Assembly (NCBI RefSeq): GCF_006345805.1
Contig: NC_043002.1
Location: 28,954,001 to 29,018,000 of the forward strand
From: Octopus sinensis
Lineage: Eukaryota
Length of the DNA: 64,000 nt
Reading direction: 5' to 3'
Shown: positions 49,548-63,348 of the stretch, piece by piece
Layout: each line of letters begins with the position of its first letter
Position numbering within the stretch: position 1 is the first letter of the stretch
Position numbers and translations under genes: made by a program
The notes under the pieces: model-generated
The model's database searches: none
What the model was told of the DNA's origin: nothing
Seen by the model: only the letters and a program-made list of their open reading frames with translations

Positions 49548-52500
49548 TGATCGGCTTAAGGTTTGAGAGTGAAATTGAGAAGATAGAAACTGTGTTAAGG
49601 CCCGTTTGACGGGTTGCATCTGTAATTTAAAGGATTAGCCCTGTCACTCGCTAACACATTGATTCAGCCTGAGAATTATATTAAAGATAGAAATAACTGT
49701 GGTATACACAGCCACTTACACATGAAAGTGGTGGCTGAACGAATAGAATGAACACTCATGGTCGGAAATTCTAATCCAGATCCATTTAGACACACACTCT
49801 ATAGAATAAAATACAATGCAAATTTATAGAAGATCAAGGGGTGACCAGCTTGACCAAGGTACACTAAAACCCAAGTGGCGTAGTGGGTAGTGGCAATAAT
49901 AAGTGAAATTTTTGCTTAGTATAAAGGATAGTAATATACACACTCATAATTTTTTATATACTACTTCTTGAGAATTATAATGAAAAACTTACGCTTAGAT
50001 GTTTCTTCCATTTTAATTTTTCACTGACCTTGTTTATAAATAAATGTATTGCAAGTATTTCATAGTCTCAACAGACAAGATGGTGATTGTGTTACAGTGA
50101 AAAAATAGCCGGTGAGCTGCTCTGAAAGTGTCATTCCCCACATTGGGAGGTATTCTTGTTGTTGTAGTCTCACTCCTGATCAAATTGAATACGGGAGTTT
50201 GTTCAGGAGCTCGGAATGCTATAAGTTTCTACTGCCTACCATCCTCCTCTTGATAAAGACTAGATCTGACACGTTTTGCTGTTTGAAAAATAATCACCGT
50301 CAGAGTCCCACATGCGAACCTCGCTGCCCCTTAAGGAGATTTTAATATCATCCGGTTATTTACCATGTCCGTGGCCTAAACCCTTGAGCTCCAGTGAACC
50401 CCAGAGCCATAATCGAGTATATTGAACTCAGTACTTTAAAGTGACCCTGCATTTTATTGATCCCGAAACTTTGACAAATTACGTGAACCTCAGGTGAATT
50501 TGACCAGAGAATATAACGCACCATTTTGAGGCCAAATATAGGAAGGTTATTTTATCTTACCCTCTAAGTTATTGGTGAAAATGCGTTGAAGGCTATTAAA
50601 GTCAAAATTTCTATTATTCCCCTGATAACTTTTTGAACCAGAATTTATGATCGCCATCAGTATATTTACATCATGTATGCTTGATATGAACAGGTGGATC
50701 ATTACAATATTTTGGGTGACAGCACTTCACTTTCCATAACACCACAGCAAGCAATAGAAGCATTTTAACGTGACTATGCTCTTTAAAAATTTTCATATTA
50801 ACTGAAATTTTAAGAAAATGTTGTTAAGATTCTGAAACATCTTCGCATCGATACAAATACGAAAATATCTCAGAAATATAAGTAGTGAAGTTTAAGATAC
50901 TTTTGTCGATTTTTTTTTCAATTATTTTTAAGTAATCTTATGAATGCAATAGAGATTCAATATAAGTTTTCTCTATATTTTGCCATATTTTCTCTACGAT
51001 ATCGAACTCTGATAACACAATATATAAAATGTTTCTGTGTCTGAAACTCGTGTGACAGTTATATTTGCTTTGAAGCAAAGAATGTAATCATGAAACCGTT
51101 TTTATATTTATGGTGCGCACAAGGCAGGGGCAAATAGTAATAATATATGAAGTACGATCCACCTAAGAAATGCTTATGCGGTCGCTTTATCTACTAGAAA
51201 TAGCAGCCAAATTTCCCTGCCATCACACTCATCTGTCTTTAAGAAGTAATGTCACATTCACACTGCGATCATAGGTGCACAAAATGACAAGATGATTAAA
51301 GTCAGAATCCCTTTGATCATAGGTCAACTGAGTTACGAGTTTATTATATTTCAAAATGACATTTAGAAGTAGGCGTTTGCAAAGTAAAAGCCAAGACTAG
51401 ATTATCTTCAAAAATACCAGATGATATTTGAGGTGTTCATTTAGGAAAAAACCCAAAAAGAAGCAACAATTACTATATTCGCAAAATGTACATACATTTG
51501 GTCGAGTGGGTAAGAAGTTTGCTTCGGAACCACCAGCTTCCAGATTCTATTCCTTGTTGCAACATTTTTGATATGTGTTCTTTACTAGAGACTTAGGTTA
51601 AACAAGGTCTTGCTACTGATATAGACAACTATTCATCTAAAGACTCTCGTGTGCATATGCATACATATACTAACGTTGAACTTCGCACAATGCGTACGTA
51701 CTTACATACACACACGCAGGCACACACACACGCACACACATACACTCTCACACACACACACGTGCAGGTGCGCATGTTTGGTTAAGGTACTCGATTTGCA
51801 ACCACTTGGTTTCCAATTCAGCCCCATTGCGTGACTTCTTGAGCAAGTAACTCTTTCTCACACTGACAATGCCTTGTAAGCAAATTTACTTCTATGTATG
51901 TATGTTTGTATGTATGTATGTATGTATGTATGTATGTATGTATGTATGTATGTATGTATGTATGCATGCATGCATACATGTTCCTATCCTACTATCAATT
52001 GTCAACCAGTGTTACATTTTTATATCCCCGTAACGTTCAGTAAAACAGACAGTTAGAATAAATACCAAGCGTAAGGCCGCTGTCCAATGACTGGGACGAA
52101 TAAAACATCAGTTATTGGATGCATATTTTAAAATTATTTATCATCTTAGACTTACTTTCCCAATTAGTTGTTATAGTATGTTTCAACTTATGCACTGATA
52201 TACGAATAATCGACTGGCATTTTATTAGTGAATGGTAATAAAGAGAATATGAAATATTTTGAGTAATTGTTTGTACTTTGTTGAAAGTGTATGAAAGACA
52301 TGGCTTTATATATGTTGCGAAATACATTCAATTTACCAGCTAATTATTATATATTTTATGTGGAACATCGACTCAGAATCATCAGTTGTATAAACTGAAT
52401 GAACTATACTATAAGTTATATTAGGTATTGTTCAATTATGTAATAATATCCAATGATATCAAGATACTTCTTTACTATTCACCAATGTCTGAAAGTAACA

Positions 52501-52638
52501 TTTACAATCAGTTTAAATCTACTGGGATCGATGATTATTATGATGACGATATCAATAATAGTAATAGCAATAACAACAATAATGATAATGGCAACAGCAA
52601 CATATTCCTATATATGCATTTATGTATACATAAACATA

Positions 52639-52757
<119 letters not shown>

Positions 52758-53100
52758 CAACAATTGAGGGTAAAATTAATTAGTTATTAATCAATTTCAC
52801 CAAGTATTCAGTATGTAAAAGGACCATTTAAGGCGAATTCAAAATATTACATTATATAAAAGGGCTTAGTAAAATAAATTACTTTGCCACATACTGAACT
52901 CATTAGAAATAGCAGCCCAAAAAGTTTTTTTAGCTATTTCTAATACTTAAAGAAAATTTCTCTCAGATAGTGTTTACTCAGAATAACCCACGAAGGTATG
53001 GGGGTAAAAAACATTAAAAAATCACAAGTGCAAAGATTATTTGAGAATTATATATATATGAATCTATATATAATGCATATATAAACATATATATATGTAC

Positions 53101-53142
<42 letters not shown>

Positions 53143-53163
53143 ATATATATATATATATAATAT

Positions 53164-53195
<32 letters not shown>

Positions 53196-53207
53196 ATATA
53201 TATATAT

Positions 53208-53239
<32 letters not shown>

Positions 53240-53340
53240 TAGATAGGTAGATAGATAGATGGATATCGGTGCGAATGGTTTTGTTAAACGGTGTCGCGTT
53301 TTACAATTCAGTAAATAATAGTAATGGAATTTGTATAAAT

Positions 53341-53483
53341 TTAAAAGTTATAGTGATCACCGTGCAAATAACTATGGAAAATTGTCAAATAATGGGGCAT
53401 ATAATCCCTCTACAGAAAGACAGCCTGGATGCCCCATTATTATTTTCCTTAATCATTTGCACGGTGATCGCTATAAGCTTTAA
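53341..53483. repeat. Small MITE-like inverted repeat
   Basis: TATAGTGATCACCGTGCAAAT..AATAATGGGGCAT pairs with ATGCCCCATTATT..ATTTGCACGGTGATCGCTATA. Confidence 0.7.
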
Positions 53484-53495
53484 GCATATAAAAAT

Positions 53496-53528
<33 letters not shown>

Positions 53529-53532
53529 GTTT

Positions 53533-54763
53533 AGGCATAACAGAAGTAAATAGACAATCTTATAATCGTTAAAATTTATTTAAATCTTAAATTACACATT
53601 CACATTACTTATTGTTATAATGTGAATATTTAATATTTAGTAGACATGCACTTTGCATTTTTCCATGGAGGGTCCTATTAGGCATGTTACTGATCAGATG
53701 GCAAATATTCTCTTGCAGAATTTCTTGCCAACAAATTTCATGCAGTACTCTGAGAAGATCTGGCTTTGAAGATGCTTTCATGTTCTTTTTATGAAGTGTC
53801 CTATCCATTATGTCCCAGAGGTATTCAATAGGTTTCATATCTGGTGACTGGTTGTGACATGAATCCTTTTTAATGCTATTCTCGTCCAACTAATCTTGGA
53901 TCATTTTAACCTCATAACAAGGAGAACCCATCATCCTTAAATAGAATCTTCTTTAATCATTTTACCACTGTAGAAGGTGGGAAGGCGGCCTTTCTGCAAT
54001 ATGGACAAATATTTATCTGAGTTTATGTTTTCCTGACATTTCTGATCGACCATTACTCCAAATTGCTTCCCAAACCATCACAGAATGGCTACCGTGTTTC
54101 ATTGTTAGCTGCAATCTTTTCAAATAAAATCCTTGATCACAGAGTCGAGATCCACACTCGACCACTGTCAGGAAATACAGCAAATCTGGACTCGCCAGAA
54201 AATATGACAGTGTCCCAAAATGCTAGTGGCCTCTCCACCATCTCACTGGCCCAACCTTTTCTCCGCTTGATGTTGGCTAGTTGAAGTGACTTCCTTCTTG
54301 CTGCTCTACCATAGTAACAAAGTTTGTGGATATACCTCACAGCTGTTGTCGGACTGACATCAACTTCGGCTATGTCAGATGTCTTGCAACGAGGATTATC
54401 CTATACACTTCTCTTAGTTAAAAGAAGGGTCCTATCTGAGGACCCTGACTGATCTGAGCGAGTTGATGTGGACTCATTACTCTTTCTGATGAATTGCACA
54501 ATCACTCCATTAACTGTAGAAAACGGGATCCCGAGGTTTTCTGCGATTTTACGCTGACTGTATCCACTTCAGAAGGACCAACAGTGTCACTCCTTTGAAA
54601 TTCAGACGGTTCCAAGGCTTCTTTCATACATGCCATGATTAAATAGTCTCATGTAGAACATAAAACATAGAAATTTCAATTAATAAAAAATATAAACCTT
54701 TACAAGTCGGAATAAACATAAAACAATGTTTTATGTTGTGTATCTATTTACTTCTGTCATGTA
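53533..54763 (-). mobile_element. Tc1-like (DD34E) element, decayed
   Basis: Minus-strand [13 protein letters not shown] and QSPDMKPIEYLWD. Inverted repeats CATAACAGAAGTAAATAGA (53536-53554) and TCTATTTACTTCTGTCATG (54743-54761). Confidence 0.85.
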
Positions 54764-54857
54764 TGTGTGTGTGTAGGTATGTATGTATGTATGTATGTGT
54801 GTATGTATGTATGTTTGTATGTATGTATGTATGTATGTATGTATTTATGTATGTATC

Positions 54858-54934
<77 letters not shown>

Positions 54935-54937
54935 ATA

Positions 54938-54980
<43 letters not shown>

Positions 54981-55399
54981 ACAAGAAGGGGAGAGGAGAA
55001 TTTCGATTATCCCCACGTTGTGAGTTGTAATGCAATGTATATATATATATATATATGTATACCTTAGCGACTGCACTTCTGCCAAGCTAGGCAACATCTT
55101 GAAGAAGTGGAATACGGGCTCGCTCGTGCTTCCAGCCTGGGAACTCTCGTATATACATAAATACATATGTACGTACGTACGTACACATATATACTCATGC
55201 ATGCATACATACACACATATTTACATACGTACATACATACACACATACATGCATACATGTATTCTAATCTAACCATAATTCAACATAGCAATATCACGAT
55301 AATCTGTGAGACCTTATTTCTTGAAATTAAGTTAATTCATACTAGCTGATTCTTATGCAACACAGGAATATCTGTAGGACAAACTGTATTGTGACATCA

Positions 55400-55900
55400 T
55401 GCAGAAACAATGATGAGAATATAAACAATCACAAAGTGTTGCCTTAACTGCAACGATATTGTAAATAAGTTTGATTCAAACTTCTTTAAATTGCACAATG
55501 TTTTCCTAGGTTGCCTCGGGATGGGGCGATTTCTTGTCTTTTATTCTTTGATGTGCTATTAAAAAATGATCATCGGAACCCTGTTTTTATTATCTGAGTA
55601 CGATTAACCACATACAGTGCATGTATTGTCCACGCTTCATGTCCATTAAGAAATACACTCCTAATTTTCTTGTGAGCACTCAGTGGATTTATTAATCACC
55701 CACTGGATAAATGAAGCATCTGTAAATCAATAAGGAAAATCTCCGTAGAAATTATAATTACAAAAAGTGTTGATTGCAAAGAATCTTGTTATAATTAATG
55801 AAGAGAAATTGCTTCATCAGAAAATGAAAGGGAATATAATCTTTGTGAAGATGTAAAAAGCAACGGGGTCAAGGCTTAAGCACCGTATTGGTATTGATGT
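55400..55900 (-). mobile_element. Highly decayed RTE-like C-terminal remnant
   Basis: Minus-strand SVFLNGHEAWT (cf. LYGSETWT) and RQPRKT (cf. GRPRKT). Confidence 0.4.
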
Positions 55901-56284
55901 TGATAACCACCGAAGGATATTTTCTGTGTACGCGTGTGTATCTATGATTTTGGGTTTGCGTTTATATCAGTATATTTCAGTATAAATGTAAACCACTGAA
56001 TGATCAAATGTATATACATATATGTGTGAAAATGTGTGTTTGTTTCACAATGGGTATATTACAGAGATTTTCTGTACTTGTTCAAAGTGGCGCAGAGAAA
56101 GTTATAGATAGGTCAATGGATAACTAGATGAATAATTACTCAATCACTCACACAAACCTAACCGCAATTACATAGACAAATAGGAAGAAGATACATCGAT
56201 ATGGAAACAAATTGACAGACAGATAGGGAGACACATAGATAGCTAGTCAGATATATATATATATTTGTAGGGATGTAGACAAAC

Positions 56285-56608
56285 TGATAGATAGATAGAT
56301 ATATCGATCGATCGATCGATAAATAGATAGATAGACAGATAGATAGACAGACGGACAGACGGACAGACGGACGGACAGACGGACAGACGGACGGACGGAC
56401 GGACGGACGGACGGGCGGACCGACGGACGGACGGAACAGACAGACGGACAGACGGACAGACAGACAGACGGACAGACAGACGGACAGACAGACGGACAGA
56501 CGGACGGACAGACAGACGGACAGACAGACGGACAGACAGACGGACAGACAGACGGACAGACAGGACGGACAGACAGACGGACAGACAGACAGACGGACAG
56601 ACGGACGG

Positions 56609-56704
<96 letters not shown>
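56285..56704. repeat. Compound (GATA)n/(GACA)n/(GACG)n microsatellite
   Basis: Direct observation. Confidence 0.95.
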
Positions 56705-56705
<1 letters not shown>

Positions 56706-56957
56706 AAAAAAGGGAGGCAGTGCTATCTGTGCTAGAAATGGAAGTGGAGATGAAATAGGGAAAGTGGTAGAGTGACAATAAGTATGGAGGTATTTAGAAT
56801 GCGAGATCGAAACATATACGGGAGGCCGGAACGGTGGCCAGGGAAATAATATCTAGAAGAATAAAGAAATGGGCGTAATTATTATCATGAGTACAGCGAC
56901 AATAAAATCTGATGAAGTAGAAGGGGTTAAAAAATTCGCAATGAAGAAAAAGAGCAT

Positions 56958-57042
<85 letters not shown>

Positions 57043-58260
57043 AAAAGGAGAAGGAAAATGGAGAAGGTAATAGTGGAGGAATAGGAGAAGGAGGTAGAGG
57101 ATGAAGCAGAGGAATGAGGAAACGCGAGTGCTCGACACAGATTAGAAGTCCAATGACCTGCAGCAGTACGCGGTTAACGATATGACTGTGAAGATCTAAG
57201 GGTTCAATCTCTGATGACACCAGTTAGACAGGTCATTGTATAGTGGTGGGTAAAGGGAGTGGTAGTGAGATATAGGGCGGGGAATACTAGAAGAAGAGAA
57301 ACAAAATGAGGTGATTCCATTATTAAAAAAAGGAAAAAGAAAGTTAACTCTGGATTTGATGTCGCCTGTAGGTTACTGCCATAAAATGACCTGATGTTTC
57401 CCCACCACCACTACCATCGTCGTCGTCGTCACCATCATGATGATGATGTTGATGATGATGATCATCATCATCATCACCATCGTCGTCATCTTCATCATCA
57501 GCAGCAGCACCACCACCACTGTCACCGCAATAACACGCAATCGTACCAACACCATCACCAACACCGATATTGCCATCACTATACCCTAAAGAACAAGCAT
57601 TATCACAAACAGGATCCCTTCCATCTCAACACCGCTATCATCAAGGCCTTTCTAAAGGCCATCATACCACGGTCTTCTCAAGCGCCCTCACTACTACCAC
57701 CATTCCATTGCCATAAATACAACCACAGTCATCATCATTCCACCAACACGACCTCTACTGAGATCATGTTAGTTGTATGAAGAGATCCATAAAATCACGA
57801 CCATTCCCAGTAGTATTACTACTGCTACTACAATTGCTATTACCTCTCTTACTACCACCTCTTGCTGATCAGACTTATGGCCTCATCATTTTTTCAGTCA
57901 TTTGTTTGTATTTAAAAATTGTCGCTTCAAATCGGGGAATGAAATATTATGATATATTATACAGTTATTATTATACAGTCTTTCATAGTAGTTTTCTCTC
58001 TGTATTTTACAAAGCCTTTCGCGTTTGTTTACAAATATTATATATAGTATTAGACAGCTTAAATATATATTAATTAAATTTGGCTGAAATGGATGGGTGA
58101 GCGCTTGGTCCAATCGGATGCACAAGGAGCCGTGTTAGCGTTGATTTGTGGGTTCGATTCCGGTTGGGAATAGCTCAACATTTTTCAGTCATTTGTTTGT
58201 ATTTAAAAATTGTTTCTTCAAATCGGAGAATGAAATATTATTTTACAGTTTTATATATTA

Positions 58261-58867
58261 CTAGCAGTATCGCCCGGCGTTGCTCGGGTTTGTAAGGGAA
58301 ATAACTATATAAGCAAAAAATGCATTAAAAATGGAAAAAATATGATGGTAAATTTTTTTAAAAATCGTTGACTCATCGTAGACATTTTTAGAGAGTTACT
58401 TCCCTTATATAATAGCGAAAAAATGCATTAAAATGGGAAAAAAACGATGGTAAATTTTTTTTTAAATCGTAGACTCATGTAGACGCTTTCTTAGCCATTT
58501 CTGTTTTGGTGTCTTCAAGCCATGAGGTCGTTGTTCTAAAAGAACACTGGTCTCCTTGACAACGCATTACGACGTTGATTTCCTTACACTCCCTTCCCCA
58601 CAGGTGCAGGTGTGAGCGTGGACGCCAACTCCGCCGCCATCGACACACGAAAAATTATGCGTTAAAATGGAATAAAAAATGATGTTAAATTATTTTTAAA
58701 ATCATAGACTCATCGTAGACGCGCGCTAATATTCAGACGGGCTCGATATGAATCACGACTATAAGCTACCCGAATTTGGTTAAACTGTACCGCAAAATGT
58801 GGGAGTAGTTAGGAATCTAAATCGAAGGGGACAGACACTCACACAACTACAGTTTTATATATATAGA
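58261..58867 (-). mobile_element. Non-autonomous Helitron
   Basis: Minus strand runs TC...CTAG with the CCCGAGCAACGCCGGG hairpin and an A|T target. Same family as 28891-29285. Confidence 0.85.
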
Positions 58868-58894
58868 TATACATAGCGCAGTAGTGGTGAGATA

Positions 58895-59255
58895 TGACAG
58901 CAAAGAAAAGCATACATTCACTCTCTGCATGCAATTAGACTCGGAAAGTTCGTGAGGAACCCATTGACCCAATTTGCTGACTTTTCGATAGCACACAGGT
59001 GTCAATGAATGGTTGAATGACCAAATCCAAGCTTCTCTGCTAGTTCCTCAACAGTTACGATGATATTTTGTTCCACCAGGGTTTTCAGGATGTCCTTTTC
59101 GAGTTCTACAGATCTTTCAGGATGAGGCTCGTCTTCTAGGCTGTAGTTTATGGCTCGAGATTTCTGGAACCACCATTGACACTGCCTTACGCTTATTGTC
59201 CAATCCCCATATACTGCATTAATATTTCTTGTACTTTGCACACATTTTAATTCTG
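58895..59255 (-). mobile_element. mariner transposase N-terminal remnant
   Basis: RNINAVYGD.TISVRQCQ.WFQK..YSLEDE.H.ERS..TVEELAEKLG.GHSTI and KVSKLGQWVPHEL. Confidence 0.85.
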
Positions 59256-59699
59256 TATTCTTTTATATGTTTCAGCCTTGAGGTTGTGGCCATGCTGGAT
59301 CATGTGTGTGTGTGTGTGTGTGTGGTGTGTGTGTCTATCTGTCTGTCTGACTGTATGTATATATGTATATGTATGTGTGTGAACAATAATATTTTCAACA
59401 GATGTGTTGCAAATGTATCTGATTGTACTCAAGCTTCAATACCGTGTGTGTGTGTATGTGTGTGTGTGTATGTATGTATGTATATGTATGTATGTATGTA
59501 TATGTATGTATGTATGTGTGTATGTATGTATGTGTGTGTATGTATGTGGGTGTGTATGTGTGTGTGTATGTATGTATGTATGTATGTATGTATGTATGTA
59601 TGTATGTATGTATGAGTGTATGTTTACTTTATTACTAATTACTCTCTTTCAAGGACATTTTCACTCACTCTTAGCTCTTAGCTTCCCATACATTTTACT

Positions 59700-60038
59700 C
59701 ATGTATCTATCAGCGTCATAGACAGAATACTTTCACTTTAGTCTTCCTCAAATCACTCTGTCGCTATTTACTTTCATTTTATTCGTTGCCCACTGTGTGT
59801 GTGCGTTTGCGTGTGGTGTAAACCAGACTAAGAAAAGCATTTGACACACACACCAGAATGTGAGTTTTCTGTAAATTTTGCTTAATTGGAGTTTAAATTT
59901 TAAAAACTGGACCTGGCATGACGCGATGCATTGTACTCTCAAAAATGCTAGGTAAATTGTAATTGAAGAAATCCTATATTGTAGATGTGTATAACTCCCA
60001 AAGGGAGGCAGATAAAATCTGTCTTTTATAATAAGAGA
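59700..60038 (-). mobile_element. Probable Helitron 5' fragment
   Basis: Minus strand starts A|TCTCTTATTATAAAAG, resembling the TC-TATATAAA 5' ends of the other Helitrons here. The 3' CTAG end was not identified. Confidence 0.45.
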
Positions 60039-62271
60039 TCGATAAAATTAGCTATCGATAAAATAGCTAATTTTATCGATAGCTATTACTTTGTTGATAT
60101 TGTCTTACTGTTTTCATTTGGCAGTTGTTTTTAATGTGGACGATGTCCTTGTCACCGTCGTTAATGCAGAAAAAAAAGGAGAAGAAACGGCGAATCAAAT
60201 AACAATAATAAGATTAACAGAAACGATAACAAATGCTGAGCAGTTTTTTAGATCAAGAGTCATTCAAGAATATAAAACCCCCGTGCAACATCTATGTCCG
60301 GTCAACAGTAGGAAAAATCTCGCTAAATAGAATCGAAACGCGACTCTTAACTTAGTCTACAGACAGAAACAAATGCAAACATTTCAATTCACACACACAT
60401 ACACATATAGATATGTGTACATATATATACACATATGTATTCATAAAATAAACTATTATATTGTTACTTAGATCCAGTGCAATTATAGCCGATAGTAATT
60501 ATTAATTACATTAATGTAGATTGGAAAAGAATCCCATTGAGTATAATACACCCATGCTAAGAGGAACACAAAATACAGTATTAATTTTTGATATTGTTAG
60601 AATACCACAAATTTCTAAAGAATGGGATTTATTCGGTTGAACAAGATCGCTGGAACCCAGTACGTATGAGACACAGTGTTGACCTTAAATAAATATGAAA
60701 TATTCGGTGAGAAAAAATACGCCTATATATTACATGACCATTAGCGAAGAGCGCAACTGTTTCCTTTACGTTAACATCATACTAATGGTTTTTATTTATT
60801 TATTACCATAACTACTCTTTCAATGATCTTTTTATTTTCCAGTATCACTATTTGTGGCAACAATAGTTAGTGGACTAAGGATGGTTAACTCCTCGTGGAA
60901 AACCTAGGCTCGAGAAGGATAAAATGCTTGTTTTGTAGTGGAGAACTAATACGGATAGCGTTCGAAAATTCTTAGCTTGGCAGTGCTTTTGTGGTGCACT
61001 ACAATTTCGACATAAACTCGGAAGTGCAATCAGACAGGATTCTCCGAGATATGCGCAGAGTAAGGAAACCGTGCTCCACGCACTCATGTAATGTCCGAGC
61101 ATTGAGTATATGTGGATTTATGTCGAACAGTTGTTACTATCAGCAGAATTTATTGAAAATTTTCTCACACCGTCCAACTTTAATAGGCCTGGATAGGCAA
61201 TTTCCCCTCTCTGTCACTGTCTGTGTCTTTCTCTCTGTCACTCACTCGCACATTCTCTAATGGCTAAAGCGAAAGAGGCTGTCGTACGATATATGAATCT
61301 GAAATGCTTGAAGACAGACATCTTGGTCAAATCCCTCTTGGTCAAATCGAAGACGGAGGGGGAAAGTTCACCTTCCAGTGAATTAAGTAAAAGCTGGGTA
61401 ACCATAGTAAGAATGGTTAACGTGAATGGAGCTATACTAAGTATGTGGTTATACACTTATTGGTAAGGGTAGATCTGTAGGGTACTTTGATGGCCTCTCT
61501 TTGGAGGTTCTCCTACATCAGGAGGCTTGCATAGTTCATAATCATATATTTTCCATACTGCTTGTAATTTTCAAGTCATTTCTTCCAGCCACATTATTCT
61601 TTCATCCGATTTTGTTAAATCGCGGCTAAATTATAAACTCTCTTTGTAATTTAATGAATAATTAGTTCAGTTGATTTATCATTTGAATAGTCGTCATCGA
61701 AAACGCCGTAGATCCACTTACTTTTAGCGTCTGTGTTGAGATGTGCACACTTTGAAAAAGGTTTAACATCACTGCTACTCGTAGCCTTAGATTCCCATGA
61801 TTCTACAAATCATGATGCAAGAAATTCACTTTACTGTGAACATGGCATCAAAACCAATGCATCGTCTCAACTGTCAGTTCCATCACCATATTTGGAAGGG
61901 TTGGCGGCTTCTCCAAGAAGGCCGAGCGGGAGATGTTTATCAGCTGAACAGGAGAAATCAATCAATCAATCAATCTGAAGGTTGTATTGCAGCGATCTGT
62001 CGTTTCGATGCCCGGTCAGTTCACTATTTAGCAGATTTTTCGCCTACCTCTGCGTCTCCCGCAACACGTCGACATCATTGAGTTACTGCATCAACTTTTA
62101 GTGTGACATGTTTACCTTCTTAGTAACGAAATGCCAAATAGATGAGAGATCTTCCAGGTGTGATAACTATCAGTTATATCATGTCAGTCAAGTTGTTCTG
62201 ACTTTCCATGGGAAAGAGCAGCTTGTAAGAGAATGCGTTCAAGTGTCTTCACACACACATACACATACATA

Positions 62272-62325
<54 letters not shown>

Positions 62326-62361
62326 AAGACACACACATTTACACATACATACATATATATG

Positions 62362-62417
<56 letters not shown>

Positions 62418-63077
62418 TGTGTGTGTGTGTATGTGTGTGTGTTTACTTGTGATTGAGACAAATCTACTCGTTCTGTATTTTTCGTGTAGGTTTCTTGTCA
62501 GAAAACACTGGACATCCTTTCAAATTATCAATCCCTCTCTCCTAGTTTTGAGACTAGCTTATCGAACGAGAAGCCCCTGACGAGTTCAAATGCTTTGGGA
62601 ATGGTCATGTAAGGATCTAATTCCCAATCTCTCAATCACTTAGTAATACTATATATTTTCAGTTAGCAATTTTCTGCGGCTGGATATTTAGTGTATAATA
62701 TATTTGACTCTGTTTTGTTGTGTTTATAATTTTGCTTTTATTTTATACTCACTGGATCTCATACAATCTATATGTCATTTACTTCTCTCTTCTTTTTTTT
62801 TTGCTTTCATCTTTTTTTCCATATTGATACATTTCTTATTCTTTGATACGTTACTGTTATGATGTCATTATGTTTTTATTTGAAAGGAAAATATTTCCTT
62901 AATTTTTATCTCTTTGTAGGTAAATGAGGAACTAAAGGGTGAAATTGAAGCTCATTTAGTTCCTTTATTTAACAATGTCCATAAGTCTCCTGAATGTCAT
63001 GCTCTTCATTTCATATTGATTTCTACCCTCATAATTCATTTGGTGCTCAAACTTTTGCATTACTCATTTCTTTATTG

Positions 63078-63281
63078 CACACAAGGGGCTAAACAAGGAC
63101 AGACAAAGAGATTAAGTCGATTACATCGACTCCAGTACGTAACTGGCACTTAGTTTATCGACCCCGAAAGGATGAACGGTAAAGTCGACCTCGGCGGAAT
63201 TTGAAGTCAGAACGTAACGGCACACAAAATACCGCTAAATATTTCGCCCTGCGTGCTAACGTTTCCCCCAGTTTGCCGCCC
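63078..63281 (-). mobile_element. SINE family A
   Basis: Reverse-complement homology to 14016-14247. Confidence 0.85.
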
Positions 63282-63299
63282 TTTTTTTAAATTTTTACT

Positions 63300-63348
63300 T
63301 CCCTGGCGGGGAATCGAACCCCGGTCTCCCGCGTGACAGGCGGGTATA
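63300..63348 (-). pseudogene. 5'-truncated tRNA-Asp(GTC) fragment
   Basis: Minus strand TATACCCGCCTGTCACGCGGGAGACCGGGGTTCGATTCCCCGCCAGGGA matches the anticodon arm, T arm and 3' acceptor of metazoan tRNA-Asp. The D arm and 5' acceptor are absent. Confidence 0.85.

Noticed and set aside
57394-57780. His-rich ORF
   Set aside because: It is a degenerate CAT/CAC/GAT trinucleotide region with no domain or splice evidence.
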